Positions 23,943-39,446 are shown, counted from the stretch's first letter. The stretch: DNA of 64,000 bases from Eledone cirrhosa (GCA_964016885.1 OZ024740.1:191394001-191458000); one strand, 5' to 3'. The notes: generated by a model not told the origin, from the letters alone. Numbers and translations: made by a program.

Positions 23943-25447
23943 AAAACCCCGTGACCAAGAAATACCGGGTTGGCGGCCGGCGGGTAATAGCCGTATCTCT
24001 AGGGGAGGACGACCCCTCTAGTCTTGGTTGACACTCGTTCTAGAAGTGGTAACACGAAATGATTACCGCTTGGCTGATAAGGATAAAACGCGACAAAATA
24101 AAGTAAATGTCTAATGATAAAATCTCATACCTGATCTGGCGTCACCTGGGTAAAAAAGGGCCGCGTCCCTCAGAGAGGAACCTGACTGGGGTCGAAAAAT
24201 CAGCTAATGTTTCAAACTTTCCCATGACTTCAGAGCTGGAGACCTCCCATAACCGGAATACTCCTACTGTTGGCCCTCCATGCTCACCACCAAGAAATCC
24301 AAAGAAAAAGAAAGAAAAATGGTCAAGGGAGGATAATAAAGAAGTCCTTGAGGCTTTCTACACTGCCATGTACTACCCATCAAATACATCGAATACAGAA
24401 CAGACATATATCAACTGGAAAAAGAAACATCCCGAAAACAGAGGCTATATTGACAGTAACAAACTAACCAATATACGAAGAAATATTGTAAAAAAAAAGT
24501 TACTAACTGATATAGAAATTGATCAGATCAAGCTATTAGCACAAAGTCAGCGAAGGGAAGATGAAACATGTGTCAGTGAAAACGAGGTAAATTGTAACAC
24601 TTCGAATCCCAGGGTTGGGGCGGATTCACTGACAACAGAACAAATTAAAGAAAGGATCGAAAAAGTGGAGGGAGTGCATGCTCAAGATGAAACTCCAAAT
24701 GAAAATAATGAGATCGTAAATGATAAAGAAATGAATGAGAATGAACTTGCCAATTTGAAGGATGAAATTATGATCGAATGGATGAAAATGAAAGAATCTG
24801 ACATGGGGGAACGAGACACCCTCCCTAAGATCCAGAACTCCAAACAGAACCAAAAGATAATACATAAGACTAACATAATTATCAAAAACATTATCATCAC
24901 AAACAAATTAAACATTACTGATTTAAATCATCTCTATTATGCATCGTCTAACGTCACCACTCACTTATGTGGAGTGAAGATGAAAAAACAAAGGAATTCC
25001 CACAAGAAATCTACTTGGCAAGAGAACATCAATCGCCAAATAAACCTTATCGGATCTGACATAGAAACTTCAAAAAACTATAAAGTATGTGAACAGGTTA
25101 AACAAACTAAACTTAGAAAATTGAAAAGAAAGTACAGTATAAAATCAACAAGTGACATAGACATGCTGATAGAAATAATCAAGCAAAAAGTGTCGGCCAA
25201 AGCTGCTCGTATAAGGCGCTTTGAAAAACGATCTAGAATCTATAAGGACAATAATATGTACAAAAACAAACTAAGAAATTTCTACAGAAAAATTGGTAAG
25301 TCAACAATAACTGCTAAATCAATACCACCCAAGGAGGAAGTGCAAGAATTCTGGGAAAAGATCTGGGCCGAAGAAAAAATTCATAATATACAAGCCCCAT
25401 GGACAGACAGACAAATGAATGATACAGCTCACCTTGAGGAACAAATA
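23943..25447 (+). mobile_element. 5' half of an R4-clade family A element
   Basis: Matches ~14545-16048. ORF 24107-25447 is open and stops before the RT core. Confidence 0.9.
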
Positions 25448-25512
25448 TGGTGATAACTCGTATGAACATAAAGCAAGATAAATGCAGCTGTAATAATATT
25501 AATAATAATAAT

Positions 25513-28410
25513 GATTTCTTTATTAACAGCAATGGTTTACATAAACTAGACATTAAGGACAGTGCAGGAAAATACAGGACGGTACTAATAGGCATTTCTA
25601 CGTGTAAAAAACAAAAAACAGAGGATGTAACAAAAAATAACAATGAAAAATTCCCCAATAGTGGAGAAACTTCGGAGGGACATTTTTGGAGAAAGCCCAG
25701 TAAAAGGCCACAGTGACCCTGACCACCAAGGCAAGTGCCCTCTCCCAGTTTTCCACCTTTAATTTACATATACGTACTCAGAATAGGCCCATTCACTCGG
25801 GCTATTCTTGCTTCTCTCACACACCTTTCAACAAAATGCTGGGAAGAGAGCTCTTCCCTCTCTACTCTGATTTTCCTTTTCAACTAAAATTTGAAAAAGT
25901 CAATCAGGGCGTCACCGAAGAGGTAACTGCTCGTCTTCAGCCCTTTCAAACGTCTCCACTATACTATCTCTTTCGCCATGGCCACCAGACAGATAAAAAC
26001 TGCCTGCCCTTGTCGGCTAAAGGAAGAGTGCGTGCAGGACGGTTTCGTCGCCCTGCGCGCATCTCGGACATGCCCGGCTGACACCCGTCGATCAAGTGAA
26101 AAGGGATGGTTTCTCCATCCCTTTTCACTTGATCGACTGGTGAAGGGACCGTTGAATCGTCCCTTCGGCTGGTTGTCGGCTCTTCTATGAGTATGTCCGA
26201 ATATACTCTCCGGTTGAGAGTCCCTCCTAGGTCTCTGAAATCACCAACTGCGTTGGGGAATTTCGTTTTAATGTTTGTGTATTGTTTCTGTGCTATTTTT
26301 ACCAGTCTTATGTTCGTTGGCGTTTTGATTGGTGCTGGTATTATGTAGTAGTGCTGTAAAATGTCTGTGTGTTCAATTATGTAAGTCATTAGTTTCTTGT
26401 TGTGTGTATTTATTGCCGTGCATTTGTTTTTATGGGGGTGGGGTGTGGTTCTGCTATTTTCTTGTCGTTGTTTCTGAGTGTGTGTGTTTTGTTGTTGTGT
26501 TTGCGATGTTGGTGCTTGTGGTGGTGGTGTTGAAGGTGTTGTTGTTGTTGACGGTGGGGTTGTCACCGGTGGTGATGGTGGTGCTAGTGTGGGTGGTGAT
26601 GATGTTGGTGGTGTTGCTGCTGTGAGTCTTTTTGCAGTAGCCTTTACCTTTTTTCATTTCTTTCCTCCCTTTTCGAAGGCGACGATGAGCTGCTTCTGCG
26701 TTTGTGCCTTCTTACGACCTTTTGCCATACTTCCCCCACCTCACACTCCATGTCTGATTCTGTGAGGTCGGGGAGGGTTACCAGCTCCACACTTTCACTT
26801 GTTGTTGTTGATGTTTGCAGTGGAGTCTCTGTTGCAGCTACATTTGGTATTACTGTTGTTGTTGTTAATACTTCCGCTGCTGCTGCTGTTCTTGATTTCC
26901 GTGGCGTGGGTATGGGTGCCACGGACCTATCGTTCCTGGTTGCTGCTTGTCCTGTTGCTGGTAGCCGTGCAGCCAGTTTCGGAAGGAGGGCGGTTTTCTC
27001 TTTTCTCAGGGTCTTCTCGTTGCACAAAGCCCTGAGGTGAGTCTTCGATCCACAGCGAAAGCATTTCGGGCGTTGGCCCTCAACACTTATGGGCAGTTGA
27101 GTGCCGTTATCGAAGTCTATCACATCCGGGATAACTTCGATGCACTACTGGTTGGTTTGGATTAACATCTCAATGGAGGTCCCGACCCAATCTTCTCTTA
27201 CTTTTTTCTGTACTTGCTGTACAGTTGTTTTGTCCTCGATTCCGACGAGAACTGACGCGGCTGGCCAAGCAGGGGCCATCCCGGGGTGGAGGTGGGTCAG
27301 TTTGACCCTCACAATTTTTTGCCCGCAGTAGGAGGTCACCAACACCATTTCCTCGCTCCTTAGGGTCACTAAGGATTGAGACTTTGCCTCCTGGGGTGTG
27401 GCAAAAAGCACGTCTACGGTGGTATATTTCTTGCCTCGGGTGATATGCATTTTCTGCTGCCACACAGACCCTAAGGCTTTTTGTATGTAAGCCTCTGTGG
27501 GTCTTTCAAACCTACTGGATTTTGTGCTTACTGTACGGTCCGTGACCGTACAGTGCTGTTGGGTTTCGAAAAATGTTTCGGCTGCCTTGCAGATTGCTCG
27601 GTGTCCTGTAATTCATCTCTTTTTATGAGGATTGTTTCCAGGTTCTTTGCGATACCTGCAGAGAGATTGGTTTTTCTTTGTTGCTGTTGTTGTTGTTGTT
27701 GTTGTCGTCGTCAAAGCTGCTGTTACTTTTCTTGTTGCTGCAGTTACTACGACTACTGCCGCCGCCGCTGTTGCTGTGGTTGTTGTTGTTGTTGCTGCTG
27801 CTGCTGTTGTTGTTGCTGTTGCTGCTAATGCTGTTGTTGTTTATGCTGCTGATGATGCTGTTGCGGCTGCTACTGTTGTTTTCCTTGTCACTGTTGCTGC
27901 TGCTGCTGTTATTGCCGTTGCTACCGCTATTATTCATGACGTCAGACGAATGAAATTGGTTTTCGTATTTCCCGCACACCTTTTTCGTCGTTGTCGTCGT
28001 CGTCGTGGAGAAATTTTGCACACTTTGCGCGTGACTTCTCTTTTATGGAGTCGCTTGCGAAAGAGAAGGGAGGGAGAGAGACACATTTAGAGAAGGGAGG
28101 GAGAGAGACAATCTTCTCTCTGCCGTAGTGACGTTTGAGGAAGGAGAAGACGGAATGAGTGGGAGTGACCTATGACAATTCTTTTTCGTAGCCATGTTGT
28201 TTTTTTGTTTAATATAAATATTGGGCACAAAACCCCAATAAGCGGTTACTTAACTCCGAAGGGCCAAATAACGGGCAGAAAGAGCCCTCTCACGAGGAGG
28301 AGGGTGATTTTGTCTACAATTTGGTTAAAGTTTTAAACAATTTACAATTGTTATAGCGGTCAAAATTTACAATACCTTACAGAGCCGAGCCCCCGTCAAC
28401 CATAGCATTC
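25513..28410 (-). mobile_element. Internally deleted Tx1/L1-clade element (ORF1 + ORF2 C-terminus + 3' UTR)
   Basis: ORF1 knuckle RPKCFRCGSKTHLRALC. ORF2 remnant CPRCAQGDETVLHALF at ~26075-26020. AATAAA just before the (TTA)n tail. The 5' end abuts (TTA)n. Confidence 0.85.
26095..28195 (-). pseudogene. ORF1 of the second Tx1/L1-like element (disrupted)
   Basis: HITRGKKYTTVDVLFATPQEA aligns with HIRRGQKYGTVDVFFETPEEA of the first element. Asn/Ser and Thr-rich tracts. CCHC. Confidence 0.8.
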
Positions 28411-28699
28411 AATAATAATAATAATAATAATGATAATAGTATTATAATTATTATTGAATTACTATAAATTCATAATATACTAAGGTGTTTTTAAATAATT
28501 TTTGTCTGAACATTATATATGAAGGTGGCTGGTTTCCCTATCTCTGTAATACAGCGAGAATAATTTTTGTGTTACTTTTCAACGACGACAACTACAACAA
28601 CGTTGCACTGGAAAATTATGAAAGTTTCAAAAACTTTGACACGACCGTCACAGACAACGATGGACAAGAACAGTGACACGAACACTACCACCACCACTA

Positions 28700-31600
28700 A
28701 CGCTCCAACACCATCAACACTGCCACCAGCACTAACACTCCAACACCCCAACACTGCCACCTCCAATAACATTCCACACCATCAACACTGCCAACACCAC
28801 TAACATCCACAACAACATCGACACTACCAACACCACGAACACTCCAAAACCATACCATCAACACTGCCAACACCTCTAACACACCCAACACCATCAACAC
28901 TACCAACACCACTAACACCCCCAACACCATCAAGACTACCAACACCACTAACACCCCCAACACCATCAAGACTACCAACACCACTAACACCCCCAATACC
29001 ATCAACACTAGCAAGACCACTAACACCCCCAACACCATCAACACTACCGACACCACTAACACCCACAACACCATCAACACTACCAACACCACAAACACCC
29101 CCAAAACCATCAACACTACCAACACCACTAACACCCCCAACACCATCAACACTACCAACACCACTAACAACCCCAATACCATCAACACTAGCAAGACTAC
29201 TAACACCCCCAACACCATCAACACTACCGACACCACTAACACCCACAACACCATCAACACTACCAACACCACTAACACCCCCAAAACCATCAACACTACC
29301 AACACCACTAACACTCCAAAACCATCAACACTACCAATACCACTAACACTCCCAACACCATCAACACTACCAACACCACTAACACTCCCAACACCATCAA
29401 CACTACCAACACCACTAACACCCCCAAAACCATCAACACTACCAACACCACTAACACCCCCATCACCATCAACACTACCAACACCACTAACACCTACAAC
29501 ACCATCAACACTACCAACACCACTAACACCCCCATCACCATCAACACTACCAACACCACTAACACCCCCATCACCATCAACACTACCAACACCACTAAAA
29601 CCCCCAACACTATCAACACTACCAACACCACTAACACCCCCATCACCATCAACACTACCAACACCACTAACACCCGCAACACCATCAACACTACCAACAC
29701 CACTAACAGCCACAACACCATCAACACTACCAACACCACTAACACCCACAACACCATCAACACTACCAACACCACTAACACCCACAACACCATCAACACT
29801 ACCAACACCACTAACACCACCATCACCATCAACACTACCAACACCACTAACACCCACAACACCATCAACACTACCAACACCACTTACACCCACCCATCAC
29901 CATCAACACTGCCAACACCACTAACACCTACATCACCATCAACACTACCAACACCAATAACACCCCCAACACCATCAACACTACCAACACCACTAACACC
30001 CACAACACCATCAACACTACCAACACCACTAACACTCCCATCACCATCAACACTACCAACACCACTAACACCCCCATCACCATCAACACTAGCAACACCA
30101 CTAACACCCCCAACACCATCAACACTAGCAACACCACTAACACCCCTAACACCATCAACACTACCAACACCACTACCACTCCCATCACCATCAACACTAC
30201 CAACACCACTAACACCCCCAACACCATCAACACTACCAACACCACTAACACCCGCAACACCATCAACACTACCAACACCACTAACACTCCCATCACCATC
30301 AACACTACCAACACCACTAACACCCCCATCAACATCAACACTACCAACACCAATAACACCCCCATCACCATCAACACTACCAACACCACTAACACTCCCA
30401 TCACCATCAACACTGCCAACACAAACTAACACCACCATCACCATCAACACTACCAACACCACTAACACCCCCATCACCATCAACACTAGCAACACCACTA
30501 ACACCCCCAACACCATCAACACTACCAACACCACTAACACTCCCATCACCATCAACACTGCCACCACCACTAACACCCCATCACCATCAACACTACCAAC
30601 ACCACTAACACCCCCAACACCATCAACACTACCAACACCACTAATACCCACAACACCATCAACACTACCAACACCACTAACACTCCCATCACCATCAACA
30701 CTACCAACACCACTAACACACACAACACCATCAACACTACCAACACCACTAACACCACCATCACCATCAAAACTACCAACACCACTAACACCCACAACAC
30801 CATCAACACTACCAACACCACTAACACCACCATCACCATCAACACTACCAACACCACTAACACCACCATCACCATCAACACTACCAACACCACTAACACC
30901 CACAACACCATCAACACTACCAACACCACTAACACCCCCAACACCATCAACACTACCAACACCACTAACACCCCCAACACCATCAACACTACCAACACCA
31001 CTAACAGCCACAACACCATCAACACTACCAACACCACTAACACCCCCAACACCATCAACACTACCAACACCACTAACACTCCCATCACCATCAACACTAG
31101 CAACACCACTAACACCCCCAACACCATCAACACTGCCAACACCACTAACACCCACAACACCATCAACACTACCAACACCACTAACACCACCATCACCATC
31201 AACACTACCAACACCACTAACACCCCCAACACCATCAACACTACCAACACCACTAACACCACCAACACCATCAACACTACCAACACCACTAACACCACCA
31301 TCACCATCAACACTACCAACACCACTAACACCACCATCACCATCAACACTACCAACACCACTAACACCCACAACACCATCAACACTACCAACACCACTAA
31401 CACCCCCAACACCATCAACACTACCAACACCACTAACACCCCCAACACCATCAACACTACCAACACCACTAACACCACCATCACCATCAACACTACCAAC
31501 ACCACTAACACCACCATCACCATCAACACTACCAACACCACTAACACCCACAACACCATCAACACTACCAACACCACTAACACCCCCATCACCATCAACA

Positions 31601-34600
31601 CTACCAACACCACTAACACCCCCAACACCATCAACACTACCAACACCATTAACACCCACAACACCATCAACACTACCAACACCACTAACACTCCCATCAC
31701 CATCAACACTACCAACACCACTAACACCCCCATCACCATCAACACTACCAACACCACTAACACCCCCATCACCATCAACACTACCAACACCACTAACACT
31801 CCCATCACCATCAACACTGCCAACACTAACTAACACCACCATCACCATCAACACTACCAACACCACTAACACCCCCATCACCATCAACACTAGCAACACC
31901 ACTAACACCCCCAACACCATCAACACTACCAACACCACTAACACTCCCATCACCATCAACACTGCCACCACCACTAACACCCCATCACCATCAACACTAC
32001 CAACACCACTAACACCCCCAACACCATCAACACTACCAACACCACTAATACCCACAACACCATCAACACTACCAACACCACTAACACTCCCATCACCATC
32101 AACACTACCAACACCACTAACACCCACAACACCATCAACACTACCAACACCACTTACACCCCCAACACCATCAACGCTACCAACACCACTAACACCACCA
32201 TCACCATCAACACTACCAACACCACTAACACCCACAACACCATCAACACTACCAACACCACTAACACCCCCAACACCATCAACACTACCAACACCACTAA
32301 CACCCCCAACACCATCAACACTACCAACACCACTAACAGCCACAACACCATCAACACTACCAACACCACTAACACCCCCAACACCATCAACACTACCAAC
32401 ACCACTAACACTCCCATCACCATCAACACTAGCAACACCACTAACACCCCCAACACCATCAACACTGCCAACACCACTAACACCCACAACACCATCAACA
32501 CTACCAACACCACTAACACCACCATCACCATCAACACTACCAACACCACTAACACCCCCAACACCATCAACACTACCAACACCACTAACACCACCAACAC
32601 CATCAACACTACCAACACCACTAACACCACCATCACCATCAACACTACCAACACCACTAACACCACCATCACCATCAACACTACCAACACCACTAACACC
32701 CACAACACCATCAACACTACCAACACCACTAACACCCCCAACACCATCAACACTACCAACACCACTAACACCACCATCACCATCAACACTACCAACACCA
32801 CTAACACCCCCAACACCATCAACACTACCAACACCACTAACACCCTCAACACCATCAACACTACCAACACCACTAACACCACCATCACCATCAACACTAC
32901 CAACACCACTAACACCACCATCACTATCAACACTACCAACATCACTAACACCCCCAACACCATCAACACTACCAACACCACTAACACCCCCAACACCATC
33001 AACACTACCAACACCACTAACAGCCACAACACCATCAACACTACCAACACCACTAACGCAACCATCACCATCAACACTACCAACACCACTAACACCCCCA
33101 ACACCATCAACACTACCAACACCACTAACACCCCCAACACCATCAACACTACCAACACCACTAACACCCCAACACCATCAACACTACCAACACCACTAAC
33201 ACCCCCAACATCATCAACACTACCAACACCACTAACATCCCCATCACCATCAACACTACCAACACCAATAACACCCCCATCACCATCAACACTACCAACA
33301 CCACTAACACCCCCATCACCATCAACACTGCCAACACCACTAACACCCCTATCACCATCAACACTACCAACACCACTAACACCCCCAACACCATCAACAC
33401 TACCAACACCACTAACATCCCCAACACCATCAACACTACCAACACCACTAACACCCACAACACCATCAACACTACCAACACCACTAACACCCCCAACACC
33501 ATCAACACTACCAACACCACTAACACCCACAACACCATCAACACTACCAACACCACTAACACCCCCAACATCATCAACACTACCAACACCACTAACACCC
33601 CCAACACCATCAACACTACCAACACCACTAACACCCCCAACACCATCAACACTACCAACACCACTAACACCCCCAACACTATCAACACTACCAACACCAC
33701 TAACACCCCCAACACCATCAACACTACCAACACCACTAACACCCCCAACACCATCAACACTACCAACACCACTTACACCCCCAACACCATCAACACTACC
33801 AACACCACTTACACCCACAACACCATCAACACTACCAACACCACTAACACCCCCATCACCATCAACACTACCAACACCATTAACACCCCCAACACCATCA
33901 ACACTACCAACACCACTAACACCCCCAACACCATCAACACTACCAACACCACTAACACCCCCAACACCATCAACACTACCAACACCGCTAACACCCACAA
34001 CACCATCAACACTATCAACACCACTAATGCCCACAACACCATCAACACTACCAACACCACTAACACCCCCAACACCATCAACACTACCAACACCACTAAC
34101 ACCCCCAACACCATCAACACTACCAACACCACTAACACCCACAACATCATCAACACTACCAACACCACTTACACCCACCCATCACCATCAACACTACCAA
34201 CACCACTTACCCCCACCCATCACCATCAACACTACCAACACCACTTACACACACCCATCACCATCAACACTACCAACACCACTAACACGCCCATCACCAT
34301 CAACACTGCCAACACCACTAACACCCCCAACACCATCAACACTACCAACACCACTAACACTCCCATCACCATCAACACTAGCAACACCACTAACACCCCC
34401 AACACCATCAACACTGCCAACACCACTAACACCTACATCACCATCAACACTACCAACACCACTAACACCCACCCATCACCATCAACACTACCAACACCAC
34501 TTCCACCCACCCATCACCATCAACACTACCAACACCACTAACACCCCCAACACCATCAACACTACCAACACCACTAACACCCCCAACACCATCAACACTA

Positions 34601-34767
34601 GCAACACCACTAACACCCCCATCACCATCAACACTGCCAACACCACTAACACCCCCATCGTCATCAACACTGCCAACACCACTTACACCCCCATCACCTT
34701 CAATACTAACAACACCACTTACACCATCAACACTGCCAACACCACTAATACTCCAACACCATCAACA
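28700..34767. repeat. 36-bp minisatellite (CCATCAACA CTACCAACA CCACTAACA CCCCCAACA)n, roughly 165-170 units
   Basis: Direct reading. Four 9-bp subunits per unit, almost no G on +. Confidence 0.97.
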
Positions 34768-34784
34768 TTTTATTCTCGGTTGTA

Positions 34785-35740
34785 CTAGCAGAATGGCCCG
34801 GCGTTGCTCGGGATTCAAAACATAGATTGGCATGTTTATCCCTCCTTTCTGAAACAGTACAGAGAAGTACGGAATATCTCGGCCTGGGGATGGTGTCTAC
34901 ATTTTGTGCTTATAAAAAAATTCGTCGTAGATTACCAGGGGTTTAACTTAATTGGGTGCGTGAGAGAAAATGTTCAACCCACGAAAGCCAAGACGTTCGG
35001 GTTAAGCAAAAAGGCATTCGACAAACTGAACATGTATTTGTTGTGCTATGGTACAGAGCAGTAAGCATGTGGTACTGCAGTGGTGGAGAGTGGTGTTGTC
35101 TTACTCCTTTCAATGTTTCGTCGAATATTCACCCATTGATGCAGAAGACCTAATGAAAAGTGAAGTCGTCTTTGTGAATAGGCAAATCATTTTCCATTAC
35201 GATTTTTCAAAAGCATGTAATTGCGTTCCCTCTTTTTTTGTTGTTGTTTATATTTTGTTTGTGTGTATGCAAAAATATCTGTACACTAATATATAATTAT
35301 ATATATATATTAAAATAACAGATTAAATTGTAAGCAAAGAATCGCTGCTTTCAACCTTAACGGGATCTTCTGAAACAAAAAAAATAATCTGTGAACGCAG
35401 AAGTAAATATTTCGAAAAAGCGTAACACACTATATATACACACTAGATATACTTATACACACACACACACATAGATATCGTGATAATGTCGTAATGCAGA
35501 CAGCCAGACATACATACAGATATTATAAGTGCGCGACGTTGTAGCTATGTTTCTATCTAAAAAGACATACTATTAAAGATAGAGAGATCGCTAAATGGCC
35601 TAATTTGAAATTTTTTTGCTCAAACACTCACAGGACCATAAATATTACACGTGTAAAGTTTGAAAAAAATCGGTTGGGTGGTTCTCGAGTTTTAGGGAGT
35701 CAGACAGACAGACATACATACATTCTCCGTTGATTATAGA
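34785..35740 (-). mobile_element. Non-autonomous Helitron
   Basis: The - strand starts A|TCTATAATC with subterminal (GTAT)/(GTCT)n. It ends with hairpin CCCGAGCAACGCCGGG, 8 nt, then CTAG|T. AT target, no TSD. Confidence 0.85.
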
Positions 35741-35805
35741 TAGTTGAGCTTTTCCAAACCATCACAAATGAAATAATTATGTATAATACAAATAACAACA
35801 ACAAA

Positions 35806-36012
35806 ATTATGATGTTAAAGATGATGGTGATGATGATGGTGGTGATGATGTTGATGATGAAGATCATGACGACAATGATGATGAATGTGTTGTTGATGAC
35901 GGTGATGGTTGCGCTGGTAGTAATAACGATAATGCTAACGATGTCGATGGATATGGTGGCGATGGAGACGATACTGATGACATTGATAATGAGGGTGATG
36001 AAAATGATGGTG
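35806..36012. repeat. Degenerate (ATG)n microsatellite
   Basis: Direct reading. Confidence 0.9.
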
Positions 36013-36034
36013 CTTGTAGTGCTTTATCTAATAA

Positions 36035-36215
36035 TTGTTTCTACTTTAGGCACAAGACCAGCAATAACCCAGTGCATTACTGGTACTTTATTTTATCGAC
36101 CCCGTAAGGATGAAAGGCAAAGTCAACCTCGGCGGGATTTGAACTCAGATCGTAGAGGGACGTAACTATCCTGGAAAGCATGGCGTCCGACCTTCTACCG
36201 ATACTGCCAATCCAC
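36035..36215 (-). mobile_element. tRNA-derived SINE with 10-bp TSD ATCTAATAAT
   Basis: Same sequence as 8265-8446. TSD at 36026-36035 and 36216-36225. Confidence 0.92.
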
Positions 36216-36616
36216 ATCTAATAATGTTATCAATGAAGATGGAGATAACGATGAGAAACAGATAGAATGAATGGGTGGTTGGAATGGGTAGAAGTTTACA
36301 GACATCTAGACGTCTAGTATTCCACATATATACATGTATATGTATGTATGTGTGTTAACAGATTTAAAAAACTATTTTCTAAATTACCAGTCTTTGTTTA
36401 AACACTTAAGTTATATTTCTGAAAGGAAACCAAATTCAACCTCCAACGGCCATCTTTATTATTCTTGTTCTTATAACAAGCTGAATGAGTTGCAGTCCAG
36501 AACCCAACGGAACTTAAGTACTTGTATATGTCACTGTTGATAACTAATTATACAAAACTCGTCCTATGGACTGCGAGCTCTTGCCCTTGGATATTTCTAC
36601 AAAACTTTTACTACAG

Positions 36617-36661
<45 letters not shown>

Positions 36662-36663
36662 TG

Positions 36664-36764
<101 letters not shown>

Positions 36765-36969
36765 TACTGGTATTTTGTATTTTAGAATAAGTGAACCTGA
36801 AAATTATGTATTAACGTTTTCCAATTATCTTGAGTTTTAAACTAATATTCTCAATTTGTGTCATGTTGGTTTTGTCTATCTGTACCCTTACTCACTATGT
36901 TTATGTATGTATGTGTGTGTGTGCGTGTGTGTGTGTGTGTGTATGTGTGTGTGTGTGTGTGTGTGCGTG

Positions 36970-37054
<85 letters not shown>

Positions 37055-37342
37055 TCGTGTATGCCTGTACGTATATGTGGATATGCCTGTGCCTTTTAAT
37101 ATATAAATGTGTTATGGTCAAGCTAATATCAAGAAAACCAGCCAAAAATAAGAACAAGTAACCATTTACATGTGAAGTGGTATATTGCGCACTCTATTAT
37201 TATGGGCAAACTGAAATAAATCTAGAAAGATGCTATTTGAAAAATGAACTGCGTTTAATATATGTGATATGTCATACAACAAAAACATACAGACACGTAT
37301 ACACTTATGCATACACCACAGATATACATATATGTAAATATA

Positions 37343-37376
<34 letters not shown>

Positions 37377-37453
37377 AATATATGCATATATATATATATA
37401 TATACACATATATATTTATACATACATACATACATATATATATATTGTATATA

Positions 37454-37496
<43 letters not shown>

Positions 37497-37578
37497 GTTA
37501 TTCCGGGTTGAAACGGAGGTAACCACAGTAAGTAATGTACTCAATACATAGCAGAGTATAACAGTTTTAATATAGAAG

Positions 37579-37629
37579 AGATTCTACAGGACTAGAACTG
37601 TTTCATTCATAAGAAATCATCAGGAATCT
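37579..37629 (-). ncRNA. Type I hammerhead ribozyme
   Basis: Reverse complement: AGATTC-CTGATGA-TTTCTTATGAAT-GAAA-CAGTTCTAGTCCTG-TA-GAATCT. Confidence 0.85.
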
Positions 37630-38309
37630 GGGTATCAAAAAATAAATATGGTATTTATAGGTCTCTACAAGTGGTAGGAGAGGGTGGGGAGTGGGATGGG
37701 TGCAGGTCATTGGTTGATAGAAAAGGGAATTCATTAAAAGCTAATTCTACAAAGCTATAGTTTATTTTTATTTTTATTTATATTTATTTATGTTTTTAGA
37801 GTAACAAAGGCAGACAGAATTCTATAAACAGGTTCCGGATGGCATACCATTCCTTGTCAATAAGTTTCTCTTAAGCTAACAGGTGTCTATAAAATCAGTG
37901 GGGGGTCAGTCATGGTCGATAGAATTAAAGAAAAGGGAGATTCTTCAAAAGCTAAAGTCATTAAGGTTCTACTAAGTGACAAAGGTCTAGAGAATTCTGC
38001 AGACAGATTCAAAATACTGAGTGCATATCTTACTATTATCTTCGTACTTCTCTTAAACTAATCAACTATATGCCAAAATTCAACAGACACATTCACAAAA
38101 AAACAAAAAAACAAAAAAACAAAAAAACAAAAAAACAAAAAAACACATACTCACTCACACACTTACGCGCAACCATAAACACACACACAAACACATATAC
38201 ACACATAAAAACACACACACGTATATAAAAATATATAAATATATATAAATATATATTCATGTACACACACATGCATACACACATACATACATACATACAT
38301 ATACAATAC

Positions 38310-38390
<81 letters not shown>

Positions 38391-38415
38391 CACACATACA
38401 CACAAACACTCACAT

Positions 38416-38462
<47 letters not shown>

Positions 38463-38599
38463 GATACACACACACATACACATACATACACACACACACA
38501 CTTATATACACAAATAAATACACTCACACACATACATACAAACACGAGTATACATATGCATAAATATCTATACACACACACATATACACACATATACAC

Positions 38600-38690
<91 letters not shown>

Positions 38691-38810
38691 CATACATATA
38701 TATATATCCATACATATACAAACATACACATACATACACAGACCTATACAAAAATATACACATATATATACAGACATATAACGCATATATACACACACAC
38801 ATACATATAC

Positions 38811-38845
<35 letters not shown>

Positions 38846-38947
38846 CATATATACACATATACACACACATATATATACACACACGCGCATACACACATAC
38901 ACACACCCACACACAAAATATATATGCACACTCTCTCTCTCACGCAC

Positions 38948-38980
<33 letters not shown>

Positions 38981-39027
38981 TACATATATATACACATATA
39001 TATATATATATATATATACATACACAC

Positions 39028-39060
<33 letters not shown>

Positions 39061-39101
39061 TACATATATATACACATATATATATATATATATATATACA
39101 T

Positions 39102-39150
<49 letters not shown>

Positions 39151-39281
39151 CATATACACACACATATATATATATAAATATACACACACACACACACATA
39201 TATACATACATACACACATACACACACATAGACAGACACATACATATACACATATATATATACACACATATATACACACAT

Positions 39282-39336
<55 letters not shown>

Positions 39337-39395
39337 CACACACATACATATATACATATATATATACACACATATATATATATATATATATATAC

Positions 39396-39446
<51 letters not shown>

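Noticed and set aside
29884-34178. 1047-aa and 674-aa Val/Gly-rich ORFs
   Set aside because: Products of the 36-bp minisatellite. Frames switch at indels and there is no unique domain.
28700-34767. CRISPR-like array (36-bp period)
   Set aside because: No unique spacers, no cas genes, eukaryotic context.
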